From assembly GCF_963921235.1 (NCBI RefSeq), contig NC_086108.1, positions 8,556,001-8,620,000 of the forward strand: a stretch of DNA of 64,000 nucleotides, given 5' to 3'. How positions within the stretch are numbered: the stretch's first letter is position 1; each line of letters begins with the position of its first letter. Source of the DNA: Mobula hypostoma. Taxonomy: Eukaryota. Shown piece by piece: positions 35,126 through 46,797 of the stretch. A model generated the notes under the pieces. That model saw only the letters and a list, made by a program, of their open reading frames with translations. It ran no database searches and was not told the origin of the DNA. The position numbers were made by a program, and so were the translations under genes.

Positions 35126-36681
35126 ACTCCTGAGTGATCTGAGGAGATGTGAGTGCCCCTCAAACTTGCAGCAAGATGGACAGCTGGAAATGCAACAGAA
35201 GTGTTTTCAAGACTGTAATACAGGGAATCAGAAGGGGAATCAGGTTTCATATCACCGGCATATATTGTGAAATTTGTTAATTTTGTGGCAGCAGTACATT
35301 GCAATACATAATAACAGGAAAAAAACTGAGAATTACAGTAAATGTGTACCTATTAGTTAAATAAGAAGAGCAAAAATAGAAATTTTAAAAAAGTAGTGAG
35401 GTAGTGTTGATGGGTTCAATGTCCATTCAGAAATCGGATGGCAGAGGGGAAGAAATTATTCCTGAATCGTTGAGTGTGTGCCTTCAGACTCCTGTAGCTC
35501 CTCCCTGATGGTAGCAGTGAGAAGAGGGCATAACCTGGGTGATAGCGGGTCCTTAATGATGGATGCCACCATTGTAGGGACTGGAAGTACCTACAAAGAA
35601 CTGTGAGAACAGCTGAGAGGATCACTGGGGTCTCCTAGCATCCACTGGGAACATTTATCAGGAGCACTACATACACAGAGCCCTTAGTATTATCAGTGGT
35701 CTCACCCGTCCATCCAGCATCCTCTTTGAATTTCTACCATCAGGCAGGAGACTCTGATACATAAAGACAAGAACGATCAGGATGGGAAACAGATTCTTCC
35801 CTCAGGCCCCTAAACTCCCTGCCGCAACAAGTTCGAAGTGTCACTGGTTAGCCTGACAATATTTAATTTGCGCACTTTAGTTTGTTTATTTATGCACAAT
35901 TAACTTGTAGATTTAATTCTTACTTTCCTGTGTTGTATGTGTGTTAAGTGTAGTACTGTGCTTTACACGCTGGTTCGGAGAAGCATTGTCTCGTTTGACA
36001 GTATACATGTATGTAGTTAAATGACAATAAACTTGACTTAAGGCATCATTCCTTGACGATATCCTGGAAACTATGGCGGCTGACTGAGTTTGCAAGACAC
36101 TTTTGATCCCGTGCAGTAGCCCTTCCTCCCCCACCCCTCATAACAGATGGTGATGCAGCCAGTTAGAATACTCTCCAAGGTACATTTATAGAAATTTGAG
36201 AGAGTCCTTGGTGACAAATCATATCTCAAACTCCTAATGAAATATAGCTGCTGTTGTGCCTTCAGGGAATCCAGTCACCAACATGTACACTGCAGGTTAC
36301 CGCAAACGACAAACTGACGACCCCCACAACCCAGGATCAACTCCTGCCTCTGCCCGTAAGGTGTTTGAACCTTCTCCTCTTGACCGCGTGGGTTCCCTCC
36401 GTGTGCTCCCGCAGTGCAAAGACGTGTGGGTTAGTAGGTGAATTGGTCACGTGGCTGTCATTGGGTGACGTGGGTTCGCTAGGCCAGAAGGGCCTGTTAG
36501 CATGTTGTATCTTTACTCAGAGGATGGTGAGAATGTGGAACAAGCTACCTGCATCTCAGTGTGTGAGAGAAATTTGGACAAATGTACTACAGTATATAGT
36601 AAATATGCTGTAATAACAATATACAAAGATGGAAGGAGAGAGAGTGAGAGGTGTAGCAGAAAAGAGCCAAGATGGTGAGGT

Positions 36682-37435
36682 AACACTCACAACACGCTGG
36701 AGGAACTCAGCAGGTCAGGCAGCATCCGTGGAAAAGATCGGTTGATGTTTCGGACTGGAACCCTTCGTCAGGACTGTAGAGGGAAGGGGCAGAGGCCCTA
36801 TAAAGAAGGTGGGGGGAGGGTGGGAAGGAGAAGGCTGGTAGGTTCCAGGTGAAAAACCAGTAGAAAAAACAAGAGATCCCACTTCAACTCTGCTTCCCAC
36901 TCCCATTTAGGTATATCCATACATGGCCTCCTCTACTGCCATGATGAGGCTAAACTCAGGTTGGAGGAGCAACACCTCATATACCGTCTAGGTAATCTCC
37001 AGCCCCTTGGTATGAACATAGAATTCTCCAACTTCCGGTAATTCCCTCCCCCTCCCTTCCCCTATCCCTATGTCACTCTGCCCCCTCCCCCAGGTGCCTA
37101 TCACCTCCCTCATGGTTTCGCCTCCTTCTACTACCCATTGTGTTTTCCCCTATTCCTTCTTCACCTTTCCTGCCTATCACCTCTCTGCTTCCCCCCCCCC
37201 ACCCCTTTATCTTTCCCCTTACTGGTTTTTCACCTGGAACCTACCAGCCTTCTCCTTCCCACCCTCCCCTCACCTTCTTTATAGGGCCTCTTCCCCCTCC
37301 CTCTACAGTCCTGACGAAGGGTTCCGGCCCGAAATGTCAACTCATCGTTTCCACGGATGCTGCCCGACCTGCTGAGTTCCTCCAGCGTGTTGTGAGTGTT
37401 GCTTTGACCCCAGCATCTGCAGATTACTTTGTGTT
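36682..37435. mobile_element. PLE insertion with a 5' inversion: minus-strand tail, then plus-strand GIY-YIG end and tail; hammerhead motifs at 36740-36776 (-) and 37306-37342 (+)
   Basis: 14-bp TSD CAAGATGG(T/A)GAGGT at 36668-36681 and 37436-37449; HGLLYCHDEAKLRLEEQHLIYRLGNLQPLGMNIEFSNFR*. Confidence 0.88.
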
Positions 37436-37740
37436 CAAGATGGAGAGGTGGTGTTCATGTGGTGCCGGGGTGGAAATGCGTCTCTACCAAAGGAGGTGTA
37501 AAGCACTCCTTCCCTCCACTGGCCTTCAGGTCTCCCTTGGGCAAGGTGTAGCACCTACACCCCCCCACCCCGATCAGGGTCACGTGAAACCACAGGAACG
37601 GGTGGTGGATGGTCGTATGAGCAGCTGGTGTATATCACAAGTCCTGGTTATGCGACCACTGATGTAAAGCAGACAATCTCTGAGAGTATTGATAATGGCT
37701 GGGGTCACCTGTCTTGTAAAGATACAGCAATGGCAAACAC

Positions 37741-39720
37741 AGTCATAGTCATACTTTATTGATCCCGGGAGAAATTGGTTTTCGTTACAATTGCCCATAA
37801 ATAAATAGTAATAGAACCATAAATAGTTAATAATATGTAAATTATGCCAGTAAATTATGAAGTAAGTCCAGGACCAGCCTATTGGCTCAGGGTGTCTGAC
37901 CCTCCAAGGGAGAAGTTGTAAAGTTTGATGGCCACAGGCAGGAATGACCTCCTATGATGCTTTGTGTTACATCTCGGTGGAATGAGTCTCTGGCTGAATG
38001 TACTCCTGTGCCCACCCAGTACATTATGTAGTGGATGGGAGACATTGTCCAAGATGGCATGCAACTTAGACAGCATCCTCTTTTCAGACACCACTGTGAG
38101 AGAGTTCAGTTCCGTCCCCACAACATCACTGGCCTTACAAATGAGTCTGTTGATTCTGTTGGTGTCTGCTATCCTCAGCCTGCTGCCCCTGCACACAACA
38201 GCAAACATGATAGTACTGGCCACCACAGACTCGTAGAACATCCTCAGTATTGTCCCGCAGATGTTAAAGGACCTCAGTCTCCTCAGGAAATAGAGACAGC
38301 TCTGACCCTTCTTGTAGACAGCCTCAGTGTTCTTTGACCAGTCCAGTTTATTGTCGCTTCGTATCCCCAGGTATTTGTAATCCTCCACCATGTCCACACT
38401 GACCCCCTGGATGGAAACAGGGGTCACCAGTACCTTAGCTCTCCTCAGGTCTACCACCAGCTCCTTAGTCTTTTTCACATTAAGCTGCAGATAATTCTGC
38501 TCACACCATGTGACAAAGTTTCCTACCGTAGCCCTGTACTCAGCCTCATCTCCCTTGCTGATGCATCCAACTATGGCAGAGTCATCCGAAAACTTCTGAA
38601 GAGGACAAGACTCTGTGCAGTAGTTGAAGTCCGAGGTGTAAATGGTGAAGAGAAAGGGAGACAAGACAGTCCCCTGTGGAGCCCCAGTGCTGCTGATCAC
38701 TCTGTCAGACACACAGTGTTGCAAGCACACGTACTGTGGTCTGCCAGTCAGGTAATCAAGAATCCATGACACCAGGGAAGCATCCACCCGCATCGCTGTC
38801 AGCTTCTCCCCCAGCAGAGCAGACCGGATGGTGTTGAATGCACTGGAGAAGTCAAAAAACATGACCCTCACAGTGCTCGCTGGCTTGTCCAGGTGGGCGT
38901 AGACAGGGTTTAGCAGGTAGACGATGGCATCCTCAACTCCTAGTCGGGGCTGGTAGGCGAACTGGAGGGGATCTAAGTGTGGTCTGACCATAGGCTGGAG
39001 CAGCTCCAGAACAAGACTCTTCAGGGTCTTCATGATGTGGGAGGTCAATGCCACCGGTCTGCAGTCATTGAGGCCGCTGGGGCGCGGCGTCTTCGGCACA
39101 GGGACGAGGCAGGATGTCTTCCACAGTACAGGAACCCTCCGGAGCCTCAGGCTCAGGTTGAAGACATGGCGAAGTACTCCACATAGCTGAGGGCACAGGC
39201 TTTGAGCACCCTGGTACTGACACCATCTGGTCCTGCAGCCTTGCTGGGGTTGAGACGTTTCAGCTGTCTTCTCACCTGTTCAGCTGTGAAGCCCACTGTG
39301 GTGGTTTCATGTGGGGAAGGAGTATAGTCATGAGAGCAGGGTGGGGGACTGTGAGGAGGGGTAGGAGGGGAGAGTGGAATATGTGTTGGTTGGTGGCCGA
39401 CAACAGATGGCTCATGCGGGGGATGGGCAGGCGCCACAATGTCAAATCTGTTAAAGAACAGGTTAAGTTCATTGGCCCTGTCCACACTGCCTTCCGCTCC
39501 TCTGTTGCCAGTTTGCCAGAACCCAGTGATGGTTCTCATCCCCCTCCAGACCTCTCTCATGTTGTTCTGCTGGAGTTTCCATTCAAGCTTCCTCCTACAC
39601 CTGTCTTTAGCCTCCCTGATCCTGGCTTTCAGGTCCCTCTGTATTGCCCTCAGCTCCTCCCTGTTTCCATCTCTAAACGCCCTCTTTTTGGCGTTCAGGA
39701 TGTCCTTAATGTCCTTTGTC
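37741..39720 (-). mobile_element. Rex1/Babar LINE, 5'-truncated (~2 kb), near-intact RT, inserted in an RTE-type SINE
   Basis: ORFs 39153-39749 and 37879-39099 (separated by a frame break): SKAAGPDGVS, RPVALTSHIMK, LDPLQFAY, FFDFSSAFNTI, TGAPQGTVLSPFLF, KFSDDS; (GACTAT)n tail; the host SINE is split as ...TGGCAAACAC | ACTTCTGTAG.... Confidence 0.92.
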
Positions 39721-42159
39721 ACTTCTGTAGTAAACTCTGCCAAGAGCAATCAGGATCACTATGATCGCCTACATCATACGACACGGCACATTAATGATGA
39801 GTGTCCTGTATGTGGGTTCATTGTCCGTTCAGCAATCTGATGACAGAGGGGCAGAAGCTGTTGCTGAATCGTTGAGTGTGTGCCTTCAGGCTCCCGTACC
39901 TCCTCCCCGAAGGCAGCAGTGAGAACAAGGTGTGACCTAAATGTTGAGGGTCCATTATGATGGACTCCATCTCTTTGAAGAACAGCACTAATGAGCAAGT
40001 ACATAATGTTCTAGGACTTTCACAATCTCTTTACTCCAGATTTTTTTTTTAATTGCTTGGATTTCCCAGTTTCCCCAGTGAGATCTGAACCGCAGCGCAA
40101 GGCTGGCCTGGCCGGGCAACATTCTTGAAGTGCCTCCAGCCCCTTATCTACGGCAAGAGTGCGTTGCAATCGACTTGCTCTCGGCCAGATCCCATGAGCT
40201 TCAGGGAGAGAGGGCTGAGTCCCAATCCAGAAGCCCGAGTAGCTGTTTGCTGTCGGTGGAGTACTGACAGAGTGCCTCACGGGTGTTGGGGTGGGGGGCC
40301 AGTGGTGGTTGAGGAGGACTCTTGGCTACCCCTGCCTGGCTCAATGTTTTACTGAAGTGCTCACCTGGCTGGGGATACTTCAATTTGCAGCTTGCTGAGT
40401 ACTTGTTGCAAAGCACTTTGGGTCGGGGGGTGGGGGGGAAAGAAAAGGCTTACAAATGGATGAGCAGGTTTGCTTTGGAAATGCAAGTCTGCCCTATATC
40501 TTGAAGCTGAGGTTCAAAATTCGAGCTACATTTATCATCAGAGAGCATATGTGTCATTGCACACTGCCCTGAGATTTATTTTCTTGTGGGCATTCACAGT
40601 AGAACAGACAAATACGATAGAATCAGTGAGAAACTACACACACACACACACAGGCTGACAAACAACCAGTGTGCACGAGAAAACAAACCGTGACAAAATA
40701 ATGTGATGGGGGTGGTGTAAAACGCTGCTTCCCTCCGCCAGCCTACAGGTCACCCTGTGGACAAGGTGTAGCACCTGCTTAACCCGCCTCCTCTGCCCCC
40801 ACCCAGAATCAGGATCACACGAAGCCATGGAAGCCGGTGCTGGACGGTCATATGAGCAGCCAGTGCATACCACAAGTCCTGGTTATGCGACCACTGACAC
40901 CAAGCAGACAATCTCTGAAGAGTATTGATAATGGCTGGGGTCACCTGGTTTGTAAAGACATTGCCCAGAAGAAGGCAATGGCAAACCACTTCTGTAGAAA
41001 AAATTTGCCAAGAGCAGTCACAATCATGGAAAGACCGTGATCACCCACGTTGTACAACACGGCACAGAATGGTGGTGAATAATCCCGAGAATAATAATGC
41101 ACTCCCAACGGGGAGGAGGCTACGTCAGGATCACCAGACTCAAAAACAGTTCCTTTTCCCCAAGCAGTAAGGCTGAACAACACCTGCACCTGCTACCCCA
41201 CCCCTCCACACCCCCAACCACCACTATTTTATCATTTCCTGTCAGCCACCTTGCGTACAGACACCCCTGTGTCTAGCATCACTTTATGGACATACAATCT
41301 ATCTGTGTATAGAAGCTATCCTATGCATTTATATTTAATTTTTATTATTATTGTGTTTTTTTTGTGCTACATCAGATCCAGAGTAACAATTATTTCGTTC
41401 TCCTTTTACACTTTGTGTACTGGAGGTGATATTAAACCACTTGGAATTTATCTTCTGCATGAGTAGCAAGTTTATTTTGATGGCTCCCACTCTTGAGTTT
41501 GAGGACTGCTTTTGATGTTACAGTGTAAACACTTGGCGCGAAGCTCCTGCAGCCCAGTTCCTACCGATCCTTTCTTCACCATAGAAGGGAAATCCATTTT
41601 TCCAGTGGTTTGCCCTTAAATAGTTTTGCCTGTGACAACATTGTTGGTGTCCACAACATCCAAGCATAACAGTGCAGGCCTAGAAACGACAGTGCATTCA
41701 CTCCCTTCTGTCAGTCTCAGCTTCTCGAAACCCCTGCTGCCTGTATCTCTGCACCAGTGATGCCCAGCTCCCCCTCACTGACCGACGCAGGCTCTCACCC
41801 AGAGGCTCCAGGGCAGCTGGACGACAGCCACGTGAGTGACTGCTCAGCTAGCACACAGTAAGCACGGATCTGTTCTGCAGACCCAGGGGTACCTGACACA
41901 CGGAACTTGAGTTCAAAATCCCCCTCCCCAGCGCTGTAACTCATCTGTCCATGATAGTCCCACCTCACTTTGCACACCATTCTCCGCACCCCCGTGATAC
42001 CGGAGGGCAGATTCTGTCTCTGTGTGCCTCCCATTGGAGAGGAGATACACAGCAAGAGGGAGGGGTGCGGAGCACAGCATGCAAAGTGAGAATGGGCAGT
42101 GAGTTGCAGAATTGTGGAGGGGACTGAGAATTTTGCACTCAAGATTTGCGTGCTAGGTA

Positions 42160-42720
42160 CCCTCTGTGTCCCCGGAACACATCCCCCCTCCCTCTCTCTA
42201 TCACCCTCCCCTCTGGGTCCCAAACCCCATCCTCTCTCTCCTTCTTTCTCTGTGACCCCATCCCTCATAGATTCCACTCTGGCTGCTGCATCCCTCCTTC
42301 TCTCTGAGACCCCCTCCTCTACTTTGACACCCCACCCCTTTTTTCTCTGTGTTTCCTCTCTGGCCTCTGCAAATGCTCCCCCTTTGACCCCCTTCCAGCC
42401 TTTTGTGATCTTCTGGCATTCCCCTCCCAGCCCCACACCCCTCCCTCTTTCTGCTAATGCCCCCCCCCCAGGTTAACATTCCCCTCTGGACTCCGCACCC
42501 CTTTGGCCCCGACGCCCATCTTTCTCTGTCACCCTCTCCTCTGGCCCTTGCCCCCTCCTCATCTGTCACACTCCCCTCTGGCACCCGCACCCCTCCCTCT
42601 CTCTGTCACCCTCCCCTCCAGCACCCACACCCTTCTCTCGTTCTGCCAGTCCCCCTTCCCTCCACGTCATGCCCCTCCAACCCCCCACACCCCTCCCTTT
42701 CACTCTGTCACCCCCTCTAG
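42160..42720 (+). repeat. C/T-rich low-complexity degenerate repeat
   Basis: Recurrent CTCT(G/A)TCACCC(T)CCCCTCTGG-like motifs with strong pyrimidine skew. Confidence 0.7.
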
Positions 42721-44509
42721 CTCCAAGGTGAAGAGCAAAAGATGCTCAGGCCAGGGTATGTGACGGAGAGAGCTCGGATCTCAAACACCTGCAGGTTCAG
42801 TCACCGGTGGAGGGAGAGGGACTGAGGAAAGAGGGTAGAGGGTAATGAGGGGTCTGCAAGTTTGCCCTAGGACCATCCAGGTTTCTTGCCTGCTCTAGAT
42901 TGCCCCAGTGTGTCGTAACCACGGTCACCCTAGCCTGGAGTGAGGCTGGAGAGGTGGCCGTTGCCTCCAGTGAGCCCGGTTTGATCGCAACCTTGGGCGT
43001 TATCTGTGTGGAGTTCGCACGTTCACCCTGGGTCACCCCAAATGCTCTCAAATCCCAACAAGGTGCAGGATGATTGTCCACTGCAGATTTTCCCCATGTG
43101 TAGCAACACACAGAATCCGGGTCAGAGCAGCGGAATAGGCTTTGGTTACTATAGGATTCATGTAAATGGAGCTTAATAATTAGCAGAGACCCGATGGGCA
43201 GAAGGGATGCTGTGTGACTGAGTCAATGTATGCAGTGAAACGTGACCTTCTAACCTCAGAGCATGGTGCTGCATTAGAATGGTGGATGGTGTGAACATTC
43301 AGTGTCCAAGGGCTAGAGTCTTTCTTGTGACATCTGATTGTAATGAGTCACAGAAAATTACAGCACAGAAACAGGCCCTTTGGCCCATCTAGTCCGTGCC
43401 AAACCATTTAAGCTGCCTACTCCCATGGACCCACACCAGGACCATAGCCCTCCAAACCCCTACCATCCATGTCCCTATCCAAACTTCTCTTAAACATTGA
43501 ACTCGAGCTCACATCCACCACTTGCACTGGCAGCTCGTTCCACACTCTCACAGCACTCACCTTTCACCCTTAACCCATGAACTCTAATTGTAGTCCCACC
43601 CAATCTCAGTGGAAAAAGCCTGCTTGCATTTACCCCAGCTATACCCCTCATAATTTTGAATACCTCTTATCGAACCTCCCCACAGTTTTCTACATTCCAG
43701 GGTATAAAGTCCTAACCTGTTCAATCCTTCCTTTAACGCAGGTCCTCCAGACCCGACAACATCCTTGTAAATTTTCTCTGTACTCCTTCAACCTTATTTA
43801 CATCTTTCTTGTGGGTAGGTGACCAAAAGTGCACACAATACCCCAAATTAGGCCTCACCAACATCAACTCAATGGTTCAATTTGATATCAGACAATGTGT
43901 ACAACCTGAAATACTTACTCTTCACAGACATCCATGAAACAAGATGATAAACCCCAAAGAATGAATGACAGAAAAACATTAGAACCACAAAGCCCCCCTC
44001 CCTCCCACTCGCAAACAACAGCAAAACATCAGCTTTCCCCCCCACTTGCTCTCGCAAAGCATCAGCCTCCCCCACTCTCAACTATAGAAGCAACAGCAAA
44101 GCCCCCAGAGGCCATGACTAGAGCCCATCAAAAAAACTACTGTCAATTCCAACACTTTAACATCTCAGACTGGCACTCTCTCTCTCTCTCTCTCACGAGC
44201 AAAGGAGAGAGATCACTCCTGCAACAACAAGAGGGAAGGCCAACAGACTGCTGTTTCAATGTTACGATCTGCTGCGTTGCTGGTCCGAGCCGTTGTCTTG
44301 TACTACTTCAACATAACGTCCCAGAGAGAATAATTTGCCTGCTTAGAATGAGATAATGTTTTGGAATTCTAATAGCTGGTTCTAATCCAACCGATTTAAT
44401 TTCCCACTAAACCTGCATCACAGTCTATAGAAAACTTACTGGCCACAGTATCGCTGGCATGCAAGATCAGCTAAGCGACATTCATGAGAAAACATTTTCC
44501 CAAGTTAAA

Positions 44510-45004
44510 CAATACTGTGCAAAAGTCTTATGCAAATATATATATTAGCTAGGGTGCCTAAGACTTTAGCACAGTACTGTAGTAATTTTATGTTTTGCAC
44601 TGTACTGCTGCAAAAAAAAATTGACATATGTGATGATGATAAACCTGATTCTGATCTGGATCTCTATTGTGGACTAAGAGTGGGAAGGGGGCAGGGAGAG
44701 GGGAGAGAGCAGGAAACACCAGAGAGACATTCTGTAATAATCAGCACACCAATTGTTTGGAATCAAATGACCTTGCCTGGTGTCTCAGGGCTGGGTGTGT
44801 CTACACCCACACCACCCCCTGCTCCTGGCACTCCTCCTCTGCCACCTGTCCCGTGGCGCTCCACCCTCACCATTTCCAACACCCTTTGCTCCCGCCAGAT
44901 TTACGAACTTGCTCTCTCGTCCACATCAACAACTGTAGTACTGTGCAAAATTCTTTGGCACACTAGTTTTATGCACTTGTGCCTAAGAAGTTTGTACAGT
45001 ACTG
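44510..45004. mobile_element. Candidate composite element: two ~70-bp Tc1-type mini-MITEs enclosing ~355 bp of cargo
   Basis: MITEs at 44510-44579 and 44936-45004; the left MITE-cargo junction recurs in reverse orientation at 7093-7217. Confidence 0.55.
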
Positions 45005-45394
45005 TAAACACACGAGATTCTACAGATGCTGGAAATCCAAAACAAACAAACACACACACACATATATGGAGAGGAATAAGCAGAAAACATTTCAGACAGA
45101 CCTTTCATCACAGGGTTTCCCTACTGTTTTTATGTCATTAAGCAAGCGGTCCATTGTCCCCAGTGTGGGAGCCCCCGTTTCACCAGGACAGCAGAGCTTA
45201 TAACATAGTTCATACACAATTATTAGAAGAAAGAATAAAAGAGGTCAGTTGCAGTGTAAAGTGGTGGTAGTGTTCCTGTACTGTGGTTGTGATTAGAGTT
45301 GTACTGACTGGTTCAGGAACCTGATGGGTGAAGGGAAGCAGCTGTACTTTAACCTGGTGGTGTGGGGCTTCAGGCTTCTTGCCACTGCTACATC

Positions 45395-45865
45395 CACCAA
45401 ATGCGGAACTCCCTGGTGGCCAGGATATTTCAATTCTCATCCCCGTTCTGACGTGTCGGTCCATGGTCTCCTCTTGTGCCAGGATGAGGCCACCCTCAGC
45501 GTGGAGGAGCAACACATTATATTCCATCTGAGTAGCCTCATGAAAAAAAAATCCCCCTCCCCTCCTCTTCTATTCCCCACTCTGGTCTCTTAGCTCTTCT
45601 CATCTGCCTATCACCTCCAATGGGTCCCCTCCTTCCTTTTCTCCTATGGTCCGCACTCCTATCATTCCTTCCTCTCCAGCTGTTGACCTTTTCCAATCAC
45701 CTTTTAGCTCACCCCTCCTTTTTATTCTGGTATCTCCCCCCCCCCGCCTTCTTTTCCAGTCCTGATGAAGGGCCTCGGCCCGAGATGTCAACTGTTGATT
45801 TGTTTCCATCGGTGCTGCCTGGCCTGCTGAGTTTCTCCAGCATTTTGTGTGCGTTGCTCTGGCTG
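45395..45865 (+). mobile_element. Penelope-like element 3' fragment with a degenerate hammerhead at 45757-45794
   Basis: FNSHPRSDVSVHGLLLCQDEATLSVEEQHIIFHL; CAGTCCTGATGAAGGGCCTCGGCCCGAGATGTCAACTG. Confidence 0.8.
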
Positions 45866-46380
45866 TAATGTTCCTCATGTGTTTTGTGAGTGAAGCTTCT
45901 GTGCCTCCTGCGTGATGGGAACTACAAGAGGTCGATTGAAAAGTTCCAGCTCCTTTGGGAGGGCAGATAAAGGTTGGCTTTAACAGGGCTCTTTGGGCAC
46001 ATCTGTTTTGAAGGCGACCCAGTTTATACTGGTTGTTTGCAGAACTGTGGAGCATTTGGAAGCCTTGGTCTTCTCTCCCGGGTCAGCACGCTGGACTGGG
46101 CCCCTCCCCAGCTAGCACTGAAGGTGGACATTGATTGCGTGTTTTACCAGAGGGGGTGCCACATGCACAGGATATCGATGACCTCAGTCTGTTCTGAAAC
46201 TTTCAGTTTGTTGTGAAATTTATTGTTTTCTGACAGCAGTACAGTGCAAGACATAAAAGTTGCTATCAGCTCATAAATAATCGGGTGTCGGAATGGAGAT
46301 GCATCTCTGCCGGAGGAGGTGTAAGGTGGTGCATGTCGCAAGTCCCAGGTATGTGACCACTGACACCAGGCAGACAATCT

Positions 46381-46797
46381 GTGAATTACTTGCTGCACGT
46401 TACGCTGCTGGCGTTTGGGACAGCAACGAAGGTCCTCCATTTCTGACGGTATTCATCGTGTCAGTAGTTTCCTCTCAGTTTTCACTACAGCTGGCCATGC
46501 CAGTCCTGGGGGAAGACTCGGGAATACCATTGCACTCAGATGTAGAAGCATTTTTCATTGCTGCTTCTATAATAGTTTTGTTTGACCAGTCAGGGTTGTT
46601 AGCCCTGAGATGAACCCCTGAACCTGGAGAATTAGCGGAGCACTCTTAGTCTGTCCTCTACCCTTTGACCTGTTTGGCAAAGGTGACCCTACCAAGACCC
46701 AAAGCATAAAGCCCTGACTCCAGCCAACAAAGCTCTCCAGACCATTGAGGCACAAAAGCCTCCAAACCCTACGACAGCATTGTGGTCCTCTTGGAGG
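46381..46797 (-). mobile_element. RTE/Expander-like non-autonomous element nested in the RTE-type SINE
   Basis: 9-bp TSD AGACAATCT at 46372-46380 and 46798-46806; homologous to 10665-10985. Confidence 0.7.

Noticed and set aside
37879..39099. 406-aa ORF as a host gene or active retrotransposon
   Set aside because: It is a 5'-truncated Rex1/Babar RT lacking the endonuclease, with a frame break upstream.
40060..40500. Unique sequence after a pyrimidine tract and AG as a possible coding exon
   Set aside because: All three plus-strand frames stop within about 50 nt and no homology is recognisable.
18572..43852. CArG boxes CCAAATTTGG (18572-18581) and CCAAATTAGG (43843-43852) as SRF sites for a smooth-muscle gene
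   Set aside because: Both lie in the same CR1 coding segment and are explained by TE sequence; there is no evidence of function.
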